A stretch of 64,000 nucleotides of DNA from a virus. Positions 28,123-37,120 of this stretch are shown piece after piece (the first letter of the stretch is position 1; each line of letters begins with the position of its first letter). The DNA lies in the IMG/VR virus record IMGVR_UViG_3300023179_000011, positions 96,001 through 160,000 of that record. One strand, 5' to 3'. The translations under genes were made by a program, and so were the position numbers. The notes beneath the pieces are model-generated. The model did no database searches. It had not been told where the DNA came from and worked only from the letters and a program-made list of their open reading frames with translations.

Positions 28123-29460
28123 TCAACGATTCACGAGTTCGAGAACGTGCTGCTTCATCATGTCCCGCAGCTGGCGCGAACGCTTTGTGCGGGCTTCTTT
28201 AACTTGGAACCTGCCAGCACGCTTAAAGTTTACAACAGCGCGACCGATGGCGTCTAAATCTTTAGCGGCAGCCATCTTCGGTTCTTCCATCGGCGGAGCA
28301 GCTTCAGGGGCGGGAGCGCCACCAGCAGCGTCGCCGCCGTCGGCGCCAGACAGCGCCTGCAGCAGAGCTTCCGGCGGAATGCCAAGTTCTTCTAACGCCA
28401 TCGCCAGCTCTTGCACGGCCTCGTCTTCCGACGGTTCGCCGCCGCCTACAGCAGCCGGGTCCATATCGCCGCCGCCTTCGGCGCCCATCATGGCTTCGAG
28501 CCCGGCGGGCGCGGCGTCAGCAGCCGGCGCGTCGCTGGCGCCAGAAGCAGCGTCTTCAGGCGCGGAGTGGTCCTCGCCTTCAGCGGCCTCTTCGGTCGGA
28601 TCAGCAGCCGCGGCTTTGGAATTCAGAAAACCGATGAACAGGTCAGCCATCTCGTCGGCTTCGCGAATCGTGTTAGCGCACACTTCACGAACAGACGCCT
28701 CAGCGGCTTCTTTGTTTATGCCGAGCTGCGCAGCAAGCTCGTAGCCAGCCTTGAACGCGGCAGCCTTACCCTCGCGAAGAGCAGCAAGATCAGAACCCTC
28801 GATCTTGCCGTTATCGTTTACGTCGAGCTTGTGCTGGTCGCCTTTGAGGTTGCTGCCGACGTGCTCGCTTCTCTCTTCAGCGGGGGTTTCTTTTTTTTCT
28901 TCGGCTTTTTCTTTTAGAAAAGCCGGCATCTCGGCCGCCTTCTCGTTGTTCAGTTTGCTAGTGCCGAAGTTAATGAGGTTGGCCAGAATGTCGTTACCGA
29001 GGGTGCCGGCACGTTCGCGGGCTTCCTTGAACGTAACCGAGCTGTACTTCTCGCCGTCATTGGCCTTGACCGGCGACGACGTGCCCGGGTCATCCTTATC
29101 ACCCTTGAAATCTTTTTCATTGGCCGGATCTTCACCGGTCGCTTTGGCAGAGACACCGATGTTCGTCTGCACTTCGTCTTGACGACCTTCTTGCGACATC
29201 TCCGGTGTGTTGTCTACAGCAAGAGCGCCCTGCTGCTTCTTGATGTCAGCCTCATACTCGCTTGCGCGCGCACCAGTCGAAGCGTTCTGCACGCCATTGT
29301 CGGCGCTAGTCGTCGGGTGCGAGGAGGCGCCTTGGTATCCGCCCGGATCAGCAGGCACGGGGCCGGCAGACTTCTCAGCCGCAGTCTTTACAGGACTCTG
29401 CGCAATCTCAGCGGCAAGAGCATTAAGTTGATCGAACAGTGAACGTTGCATCCGTGCCAT
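28123..29460 (-). CDS. Putative prohead scaffold / core protein
   Basis: 445 aa, acidic and low-complexity, between protease and capsid genes; many K-x-A motifs. Confidence 0.65.
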   Translation of the reverse strand: MARMQRSLFDQLNALAAEIAQSPVKTAAEKSAGPVPADPGGYQGASSHPTTSADNGVQNASTGARASEYEADIKKQQGALAVDNTPEMSQEGRQDEVQTNIGVSAKATGEDPANEKDFKGDKDDPGTSSPVKANDGEKYSSVTFKEARERAGTLGNDILANLINFGTSKLNNEKAAEMPAFLKEKAEEKKETPAEERSEHVGSNLKGDQHKLDVNDNGKIEGSDLAALREGKAAAFKAGYELAAQLGINKEAAEASVREVCANTIREADEMADLFIGFLNSKAAAADPTEEAAEGEDHSAPEDAASGASDAPAADAAPAGLEAMMGAEGGGDMDPAAVGGGEPSEDEAVQELAMALEELGIPPEALLQALSGADGGDAAGGAPAPEAAPPMEEPKMAAAKDLDAIGRAVVNFKRAGRFQVKEARTKRSRQLRDMMKQHVLELVNR

Positions 29461-29503
29461 GACTTTCTCCTTTGGGGTCTAATCGTTTCCGATTAGCTTC
29501 CGT

Positions 29504-30961
29504 TCATGTGACATAATTTTGCAATACACAGTGGTTTGCTGTCAACCAATTGTTTCCGTATTTCTCGCAGATGGCGGCATAAGCAGCGATCTTATACAAC
29601 GCGTAATGTTGCGCAAGAGCTGTTTCTGCTTTTCCACTCGCTTGCTTGTCGGACGGAAACTCAATTGCCCGCGCGTTACGAAGTGCAGCCAAGTATGCAC
29701 GCTTCTCAACGTTAACGGGTAATACGCTATGTGTGTGTGCTACCTTTTCAGCCCACACGCGCGCACTTTGCGGCGCCGCATCAGCTGGAAAGTATACGTT
29801 GTTTTCAAGTAGCGTGACGACATCCGCGTCGTTGGCTAACTTTGAAAACACGTTAGGCAGCGCATACGCAACTGCACTAACAAGTGTGGCGTTAGCTGAC
29901 TTAACTGTCAACGCTAAAAAATCTCGCAAGGGCAAGATTACTCCAGCGTCAGCCAGCCCGCGTAACACCGCAGCCATTTTAACAGACGGAGCGTTATTTG
30001 TATCAATAGGCGGTTGAACTTCGTTGGCGCTGGCCAGAGCCGCCTGCGCCCAGTTACCGCCGGCGCCTGCATCCTTTTCCGCCTGCGCAAGCTGAGTTAA
30101 AGCTTCAAGCTGCAGCTGAACACGGGCTGCCGGGGTGCGCCCTAGGTCAAAGCCGAGCGGCGCAGTAATACCAAGCTGTTCAGCGAGTTCAGCCCCGGAA
30201 ATGCAACTAGTCGAGGCGGCCTTTTGCAACTGACCAGACACGTAGGCAATGCGGTCGGCCGGGCGGAATACGTGACTGATATCAAAAAACGTCGGATTGG
30301 GGTTATCGGCATGTAGCACGTGTCCGTCTTCCAGCACCCGACCCATATTGTGCTTTAAACCGCCAGCTTTGCAGTGGCCGCCGTTCTCGATAGAGTCGCA
30401 ATACTCGGCCCGCGTTTTGGCCGAATTGCCGCACGACGAGCACTTGTCAAACGGGATCTTGCACGCCATCGAAACGGCGATTTCTTTGTCGTTGGCCAAC
30501 TTTTCAAGTTCTTTGTCGGCAATCAGGCCGCCATTTCGGTCTGCCGCTTCTTTCGAGCCGTTTAGCGCCACAACCAGCTCGATACGCTTCATGGGTTCGT
30601 GGTATGCACTGGCCTTTACAATACCGAAGCTTTTGGCCGGGTTCTTGTTGGCATGGTCACGGTAAAAGCGCGCAAATTTTTCAAACGTCTGGTGGTAGTT
30701 CCTGCAGCAATCACGCGTAAAACCGTCGCCGTTACGGTTCGGGCCGTAATCTTCCGTGGCGCCAATCGCAATCATGTGAACCGGCACTTCGTCCTTGGCA
30801 AACTTGATATTTTCAAGCTTGTGCGCAAACTCAGCCCCGGCGCGTTTCACAAGTTCTTGCTTGTCGGTGCCGATAATGCCGCGGCTCGATACTTTGATCA
30901 GCGCGGCAACCGGTTCGCTAAAGTCTTGCGAGTGCGGCTGGATAACTTTGATCATGCTCAT
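29504..30961 (-). CDS. Prohead maturation protease with a Zn-finger insert
   Basis: 'GPNRNGDGF', 'YRDHAN', 'SMACKIPFDKCSSCGN' and 'FFDISHVFRPADRIA' resemble HK97/herpes-fold capsid proteases; lies upstream of scaffold and capsid. Confidence 0.75.
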   Translation of the reverse strand: MSMIKVIQPHSQDFSEPVAALIKVSSRGIIGTDKQELVKRAGAEFAHKLENIKFAKDEVPVHMIAIGATEDYGPNRNGDGFTRDCCRNYHQTFEKFARFYRDHANKNPAKSFGIVKASAYHEPMKRIELVVALNGSKEAADRNGGLIADKELEKLANDKEIAVSMACKIPFDKCSSCGNSAKTRAEYCDSIENGGHCKAGGLKHNMGRVLEDGHVLHADNPNPTFFDISHVFRPADRIAYVSGQLQKAASTSCISGAELAEQLGITAPLGFDLGRTPAARVQLQLEALTQLAQAEKDAGAGGNWAQAALASANEVQPPIDTNNAPSVKMAAVLRGLADAGVILPLRDFLALTVKSANATLVSAVAYALPNVFSKLANDADVVTLLENNVYFPADAAPQSARVWAEKVAHTHSVLPVNVEKRAYLAALRNARAIEFPSDKQASGKAETALAQHYALYKIAAYAAICEKYGNNWLTANHCVLQNYVT

Positions 30962-30963
30962 GT

Positions 30964-31947
30964 TTACTCTCTCGCAGAGGAACCGCCGAGACTGTTAAGC
31001 AGCGCCGGGACGCCAAGAGCGCCTAAAACCGGCAACCCGATTCCCGCCCAATGTCCGCCTACGCGCGGCATGTTACGGAGCGCCTGTCGCAGGCCCGTAC
31101 CGGTTAGCTTACGGCCAGCCTTACCTACGCCAGATGCGTTCTCCGCCGCAATCGCTGCTAACACGTTGGCGGCGTCGTCCGCGTTACGACCCAGCGCGCC
31201 GCCTAGAAAATTACCCCGCGCGGCGCGGGTCGCAGCATTTACGCGCCCAGTGACAGCGGCAGGCGTTGTAATACCGGCGGTTTCAAGCGGCAAACTCACG
31301 TCGCGCGGAACATAGTCGGCGCCGCGCAGGCGGCGGAGGCTATTGAGAATTTGTTTTGTCAGCGACGGGTCATTTTTTGCTTCTGGTAATTTGCGCAAAT
31401 GCTTTGTGAGATTATTTGTTACACGCGTAGGGCCGCTGTTCGCGCGAAGTTGCTCAACCGTTGGTTTTAACTGTTTTGCCGCTTCATCGCCGGAGGCTAG
31501 AAACCTATCCATCTTGCCGTACGCGTCCAGCGAATTTGCGGCCTGCCTGCCGCCGTACGCGCCGGCGCCTGCGCCAGCGATGTTCAACAGCGCATTACCA
31601 GCAGAGCCGTCTTGATTTTTTGCAGCAGCGATTGCGGGCGGCGGCGTTGTTTTGGTCAGCAACATGTTCTTTGCGGCTGTTGCGCCCAGCCCGCCGATGC
31701 CGCCCATTAGCGCGTAATCGAGCATCGCGCGGCGTTTCTTTTTACCCTGTAACGCGCCAATTAACCCGCCAGCACCGGCACCCAGCGCAGCGTTCTGAAG
31801 ATACGGGTTACTTAGAATTTGCGACAGGTCGGCCTGTTTGCCGAGTTCGGCTGTCACTGCCGCGACTTTCTCTACGGCAGGATCGGGGGTACGAGTCGCA
31901 ATCGCGGATAGACCGCGCGCAAGTTCTTGTAGATTTATTGACGACAT
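30964..31947 (-). CDS. Gly/Ala-rich putative internal head or ejection protein
   Basis: Likely start MSSINL at 31947; EKVAA and GKQAD motifs followed by glycine-zipper hydrophobic segments. Confidence 0.55.
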   Translation of the reverse strand: MSSINLQELARGLSAIATRTPDPAVEKVAAVTAELGKQADLSQILSNPYLQNAALGAGAGGLIGALQGKKKRRAMLDYALMGGIGGLGATAAKNMLLTKTTPPPAIAAAKNQDGSAGNALLNIAGAGAGAYGGRQAANSLDAYGKMDRFLASGDEAAKQLKPTVEQLRANSGPTRVTNNLTKHLRKLPEAKNDPSLTKQILNSLRRLRGADYVPRDVSLPLETAGITTPAAVTGRVNAATRAARGNFLGGALGRNADDAANVLAAIAAENASGVGKAGRKLTGTGLRQALRNMPRVGGHWAGIGLPVLGALGVPALLNSLGGSSARE

Positions 31948-31948
31948 A

Positions 31949-33334
31949 TTACACCAAACCGCGAGCATGAATCTGTGATTCGAGATTGTTTTTTAACGCT
32001 TCAGCGCGAATCTTTTCCATTTCAACAAGCTGCTTAATATCAAAATCAGCCAGCTGACCAGCTTCAAGACGCTTGCGCAGCAACGCCTGCATAGCAGCGC
32101 CAGATCCAGTGAAGTTCGGCGCAATCTCAGCGATTTGATTGTAAGCCGTTGCAATCTCGTGCGGATCGTAGCCGGAGATTACAGGGTCGTTCAAAATTAA
32201 ATCGTTTAGCACGCCGCGCGATTTAATCTGCTGTAGTTTGTTCTCGTGCTCGGCATCTGACATGCGCATATACGCTTTTTGTTTTTGCGCCAGCGGATTA
32301 GTAGCTTTTTCTTCGTTAGCGCCCATCTCACTTGCGATGCCCTTGGGGCTCATGAGCTTACCGAGGTGCCCCATCGTCCCGCTGTACGATGTCAGCGGCG
32401 GAGCTGATTCCGTATCTGGTTTTTTTTTATCTTTAACCGCCGCCACCTTAAGGGCGAGCGGCGCTGTTTTCGGATCATGCAGAATAGAACCGGTAACCGT
32501 CGCGGGCGCGCTCTTTTTTTCAACAGTCGGTTGGTTTAGCGCAGCCAACTTGCTCGCGGCGTCGTTGCGCAGCTCGACGGCTTTGATCACATTTTCAACA
32601 AGCGTCACGACAGGTAGAGAACCAAAAAAGTTCTCGTTTGTGGCGGCTTGTTTTGTGAAGTGCGGATAGACGGCAGCGATCTTGTTTAATGTTGAAACGC
32701 CGATGTCGCCAAGCCGTAACCCGACTTCGCGAACAGCGTCGGAAAACGACATGTTGCCGGGCACGCGAAAATATTGCGCCAACTCTTCCATGGCCGAAGC
32801 CGCTTTGTGGTGGGAAACTGTCGCCAGCCGCCGCACCTCGTCAGCCTCGCGACGCGTGGCCTGCTTTTCGCTATAAGCCCGCCGCGCCGCAGAGTGGTCG
32901 TCGCGCGGTGGCGGTACATATGTGGGCGCAGGTAGTACGCTCTTCGCGGCAGCGGCTTTGTTTAAGCTTTCATTCCGTCGGGCGATAAACCCACGCGGCG
33001 ACACAGCGTACTCAGTCGAGATGATGCTGTTATTTGTTAATTCAGCAGAGGTTTTGACGTTTTTCGGATAAAGCGCATCCATGACGACGTTAACATCGGC
33101 GAGCTGGAAATCTGCGGCTTTTTCCAGCGTTGTCTCGCCCAGTTCGCGCTGCTTGTTTGTGCGTCCGGTGTTATAGGCGTGCACCATGAGATTGATGTGC
33201 CCAGCAGGAATTCCGGCGTCACTTGCGCTTTTGATAATAGCGGCGTTTGGCGTAGACCCGTCGTTGACCAGAGTGGCCGCACGCTCAATTGCGCTCAGCA
33301 ATTTTTGCTCAGCTTCTTTACTTAATGCCCGCAT
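31949..33334 (-). CDS. Putative internal head / core protein
   Basis: 461 aa, helical, with repeated K-x-A motifs (IKSAS, EKAAD, NKAAA, TKQAA, LKVAA). Confidence 0.55.
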   Translation of the reverse strand: MRALSKEAEQKLLSAIERAATLVNDGSTPNAAIIKSASDAGIPAGHINLMVHAYNTGRTNKQRELGETTLEKAADFQLADVNVVMDALYPKNVKTSAELTNNSIISTEYAVSPRGFIARRNESLNKAAAAKSVLPAPTYVPPPRDDHSAARRAYSEKQATRREADEVRRLATVSHHKAASAMEELAQYFRVPGNMSFSDAVREVGLRLGDIGVSTLNKIAAVYPHFTKQAATNENFFGSLPVVTLVENVIKAVELRNDAASKLAALNQPTVEKKSAPATVTGSILHDPKTAPLALKVAAVKDKKKPDTESAPPLTSYSGTMGHLGKLMSPKGIASEMGANEEKATNPLAQKQKAYMRMSDAEHENKLQQIKSRGVLNDLILNDPVISGYDPHEIATAYNQIAEIAPNFTGSGAAMQALLRKRLEAGQLADFDIKQLVEMEKIRAEALKNNLESQIHARGLV

Positions 33335-34265
33335 CGGTTTTCTCCGGGTAGTGCAGTTCTTGAATCAGCCCTTGATGCTGCAAAGAACCGCCAGCCGCAA
33401 TAATCATCATTTCGTCGTTACGTAATTCTGCAGCGCCGTCATCAAAGGGTAACATTTTTATGGCTGCGGAATCTAGTTTTGTCCCCACTTTGAACGGTAA
33501 TGTCGCCAGCATCGCGCCAATGTTTTCAACAATAGTGGCCTGCGATTTAGTGGCGTTATCGCTGTTTTTCTCGATCTCTACATATTTTACAAAAGAATCG
33601 ATCAGCGGTAACTGGGTGTGGCTGTTGACGGGCACGGTAAGGCTGGCAATGGCGGCCTTGTACTTCATCAAGTTCACAGCAAAATCTTGGAAAAACCCTG
33701 ACACACCCGCGGCAGAATCAGGCTTCGGCATTTCAAGGCAACGGTTAATCGCAGCGTCGAGTACGTACTGGCCGCCGCGATATCCCAATAGTTTCCACAA
33801 CAGGTCGTAGTGGCGTTCTTGTAGTCCGCGCGTTACAGCATCTGCCATTATAACGTTAACGACATAGTCCCTGTTAACCAGCTTCTCGCGCACATCAAAA
33901 AAGGTGTTGGCGTACGCCGCAATAGTCTCAACCTCTGTGCCGAGCTTATCCGCAATTTCTTGGTCAGACTCGCCGGCAAGAATGCGCGCTTCGATAGCCC
34001 ACCGCGTTGGTTGCTTGTCGGCCGCCCATATAGAGTGCGCCCAGAACATGGCGCTGTCGCGAAGCAACGCGCCGTACAACGCGTTGGGGTCGTTATTCGC
34101 CTGCTCAAAGTGTCGCTTTAATCGCAGCGCGCGGCGAATCCACACAAAACCTTCTGCGCCGTCTAGCGCGCGCGACGCTTTACGCCCGCCGCTATCAATC
34201 TGAACAGCGCGCAACCAGCGCCAATTTGGCGGGCGCAGCGGGTTAGTGCGGAACGCGTTCAACAT
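33318..34265 (-). CDS. HTH-containing hypothetical protein
   Basis: 'IEARILAGESDQEIADKLGTEVETIAAY' is helix-turn-helix-like. Confidence 0.55.
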   Translation of the reverse strand: MLNAFRTNPLRPPNWRWLRAVQIDSGGRKASRALDGAEGFVWIRRALRLKRHFEQANNDPNALYGALLRDSAMFWAHSIWAADKQPTRWAIEARILAGESDQEIADKLGTEVETIAAYANTFFDVREKLVNRDYVVNVIMADAVTRGLQERHYDLLWKLLGYRGGQYVLDAAINRCLEMPKPDSAAGVSGFFQDFAVNLMKYKAAIASLTVPVNSHTQLPLIDSFVKYVEIEKNSDNATKSQATIVENIGAMLATLPFKVGTKLDSAAIKMLPFDDGAAELRNDEMMIIAAGGSLQHQGLIQELHYPEKTDAGIK

Positions 34266-34648
34266 TAGCGCAGCGTCGGCGTGTCGACGGTAACGGAAAA
34301 GACCAGCGTCTTCGTGGCGGACGGCGTAATCTTCAGATACAGATATCTTTGCGGATTTGTCGGCGTACCGTCGCGGTTCAAGTACGAAACGTCTAGGTTA
34401 TTTGTAAACGGCGTCGTCTGGTCAAACGATAAGACTTTGAACGTATCGGCTGGCAACTCGCTGTTTGGCGCCTTATCCTGCTTGCTAGAGTAAAGCGTTG
34501 CTGTGAAGTTGCCGGTCGCACCGCCCGACGCCTCAACGAGACTGTAACCCTTGAGAATGCCGCGATGCGGCATAGGCACCGCGACCGTTGTGGCCGTGCC
34601 GCTGTTGGCTGTAAATGTAACGCTACCGGACCATACTGTGCTGGGCAT
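34265..34648 (-). CDS. Small beta-rich hypothetical protein
   Basis: 127 aa, Thr/Ser-rich beta-sandwich-like; its stop overlaps the next start. Confidence 0.6.
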   Translation of the reverse strand: MPSTVWSGSVTFTANSGTATTVAVPMPHRGILKGYSLVEASGGATGNFTATLYSSKQDKAPNSELPADTFKVLSFDQTTPFTNNLDVSYLNRDGTPTNPQRYLYLKITPSATKTLVFSVTVDTPTLR

Positions 34649-34657
34649 ATTTCACCT

Positions 34658-37039
34658 TTAGGCGTTAGCGATAGCGCCAAGATCGATATCCTGCGCGGCT
34701 TCTTCGGGATACGGCTCGATGGTCTTCTGCTTGAGGAACAGAATGACGTCGCCCAGCATTTCAAACGCATTGCGCAGCGAGTCTTCTAATTCCGGCATAT
34801 CAGCTTTGCCGTAACGTTCGGCAAACCGGTCACCGTGCCAATAGAACATAAACAAGATGCGGCCTAGTTTATCGAGGCCCTTGGTCAGCTCGCCCATGTA
34901 ACGATCGACCAGCGAGTCGTCTCGCACGGCGCGCAGCATGGCGCCCACCATTGCCGTGTCGAACACTTCGCGCTGCCCACTCTGCGCGGCGTCGATGACA
35001 GAGCGAACGTCGCGCTGATCGAGAAGCGTGTTGGGGTTGTACACGCTGCGGTCAGTTTGGCTGGCGCTCATGCCCGGCACCTGTACAGCGGTGTCGATAC
35101 CGAGCTGTGTCGGGACGCTTGTGCCCATGATGCTCTCGCCGCCCATAACCGGACCCGGATCTGTGGGCGCCGACGGGGCGCCGTTGATCATCATCGGACC
35201 GCCGTACGGATCGGCATACTTAACGCGGCACTCAAACTTGCGCTTGGCGGCCGCTTGCTTCAGGATCTCGCGCGCTGCTTCTTCGCGCAGCCCGTGATGT
35301 TCAACAAGCGTTACAAGTGCTTTGATCGGGCTGAGTCCGGCTTCTTTGTTAATAGTTACCGATGTGCCGTTGTGGTAAACGGTTAGCGCGGCGGTTTTTT
35401 GCATAAGTGCCAGCTGTGCGTCGACGAGGTTACCGGGCTGCAGGGCTGGCGGATCACTCTCGCCGCATCCACAAGCGCCTTGATCTTCGGCCGCCTCGGC
35501 GTCGTCTTCGCCCTTGGTGACCTTGAGCAGCTTGAAACCTTCTGGCACAAAGATGTCGCCCATGCTCGCGCGCAGGCTGGCGCCCTTCTTGCCGTTCAAG
35601 TGAATACGCACGCCGTCGCGCCATTTGTCGTAGTTCAACGGGTCGGTGTAGCAGCACGCGCCAATCGAACCCTTGGGCGGATACTTCGAATGGTCTTCAA
35701 GATGCACCTCATAGACTGTGCTGCCGTTGCTGTCGCCATACTCTTTGATCACGCGAAACGGCGCTGTCGTGTCGCCACGTTTGCTGAGCGCAATGTATCG
35801 CGCGTCTTTGCTCGGCACACTATTGGCTTCTGGCAAGCCGTCGAACCACTTGTCAAATTCCTCGCCCCCGATTCGGGCCAGAGCAAAAACTTGGTCGGCA
35901 CGAGTGTTGAGCCAGTTACGGGCCCCATCAACGCGCACCACAGTGATAAAGTTTTCGCGTTTGGCGGCGCCTTGCGGGTGTACAGCGACGTAGCAGCGCT
36001 CGATGTTGCCCGGCTTGACGAGGATTTCGTACAAGCCGCTTTCAGTCGGGTTGAATAGCTTTTTCTCGACCTGAATGTGATACGGGATGGAGACATTGTC
36101 GCGATCGCGCTCGTCTTGAATTAGAACGCCGTCGCGCAGTAGCTTCTCCTGATCTTCTTCGCTGTAACCGACAGGAGCTTTAGTTTGCACCGTCACGTCG
36201 TACGTAATTACTTTAAGGCCCTTTGCCGCAGCGGGTTCTTTCGGGGCTTCGGATAGCACACTGGCAATTTTTGTGTTGGCCGCGTCTTCACGAAACTTCG
36301 CCATGACCATCGCTTCGCGCACCACGTCCAGCCCGTGAAACTCGTCGATGGCTTTGGCCAGCTGCGGCGCGTGTTGGCACGTTTTAATCAACGTGGCAAT
36401 TACTTCCAGCCCGGCTTGCTTTAAAAAGGTCGGCAGGTCTAGCGCTGCGCCGATTTCCTTAAAAGTTTGCGCGGTGTTTAGCGTGGCGCTCTTGGCGAGA
36501 GCCGGCATTGCCGCCGTCATCATTTCCTTGAGCGTGGGCTGCGCCGAACCAAACTTAGCCGGGCTGCGCGAAAGCTGCGTGAAGTCGGGCTGGCGTTGCC
36601 CCATATTCGATAGGTTGCGCTCGACGCCGCTGCCCAGAATGTTGGGTTTGCGGTTAATGAGGTAATTGATCCAATTTTCCTTGAGCGGCACGAACATGTC
36701 CTGATTTTTGATATACAGGAGTTCGTGACCCTTGAGGTCGCCGTTGAGAAAAAACACCGGCGCGTACAGCCAGTTGGAACCAACCTTGAACGCGAAAACG
36801 CCGACCGCTTTGGTGTTTTCTCGGTTGCGATCGAGCAGCTGGAAGCCGATTTCGTGATCTAGCAGCTTGGGGGCCGAATCGCGCAGGTAGGCGTGCGCCA
36901 GATTGCTAAACGACTGCTCAAAAGAGGTGTCGTCGCCCTTGCCGCCTAAATCGGCATATTTGGTCTGAGTGCGGTCATACGACTTCAGCACATTCAGCCA
37001 ATGCTTAACAGACGACTCTTTCGCTTTTTTGTTATACAC
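34658..37039 (-). CDS. Large head-cluster hypothetical protein (about 793 aa)
   Basis: Likely GTG start at 37039 after GGAGG; KYAD, KSAT, KQAG, KTAA and KQAA motifs; strong codon bias. Confidence 0.65.
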   Translation of the reverse strand: MYNKKAKESSVKHWLNVLKSYDRTQTKYADLGGKGDDTSFEQSFSNLAHAYLRDSAPKLLDHEIGFQLLDRNRENTKAVGVFAFKVGSNWLYAPVFFLNGDLKGHELLYIKNQDMFVPLKENWINYLINRKPNILGSGVERNLSNMGQRQPDFTQLSRSPAKFGSAQPTLKEMMTAAMPALAKSATLNTAQTFKEIGAALDLPTFLKQAGLEVIATLIKTCQHAPQLAKAIDEFHGLDVVREAMVMAKFREDAANTKIASVLSEAPKEPAAAKGLKVITYDVTVQTKAPVGYSEEDQEKLLRDGVLIQDERDRDNVSIPYHIQVEKKLFNPTESGLYEILVKPGNIERCYVAVHPQGAAKRENFITVVRVDGARNWLNTRADQVFALARIGGEEFDKWFDGLPEANSVPSKDARYIALSKRGDTTAPFRVIKEYGDSNGSTVYEVHLEDHSKYPPKGSIGACCYTDPLNYDKWRDGVRIHLNGKKGASLRASMGDIFVPEGFKLLKVTKGEDDAEAAEDQGACGCGESDPPALQPGNLVDAQLALMQKTAALTVYHNGTSVTINKEAGLSPIKALVTLVEHHGLREEAAREILKQAAAKRKFECRVKYADPYGGPMMINGAPSAPTDPGPVMGGESIMGTSVPTQLGIDTAVQVPGMSASQTDRSVYNPNTLLDQRDVRSVIDAAQSGQREVFDTAMVGAMLRAVRDDSLVDRYMGELTKGLDKLGRILFMFYWHGDRFAERYGKADMPELEDSLRNAFEMLGDVILFLKQKTIEPYPEEAAQDIDLGAIANA

Positions 37040-37120
37040 GGCCAGCCTCCATGCTGCGCTCAAAATTGGACACAGTACTAATTTACTGCGCCGAAGTCTC
37101 TATATCCTACAAAAACGGGT

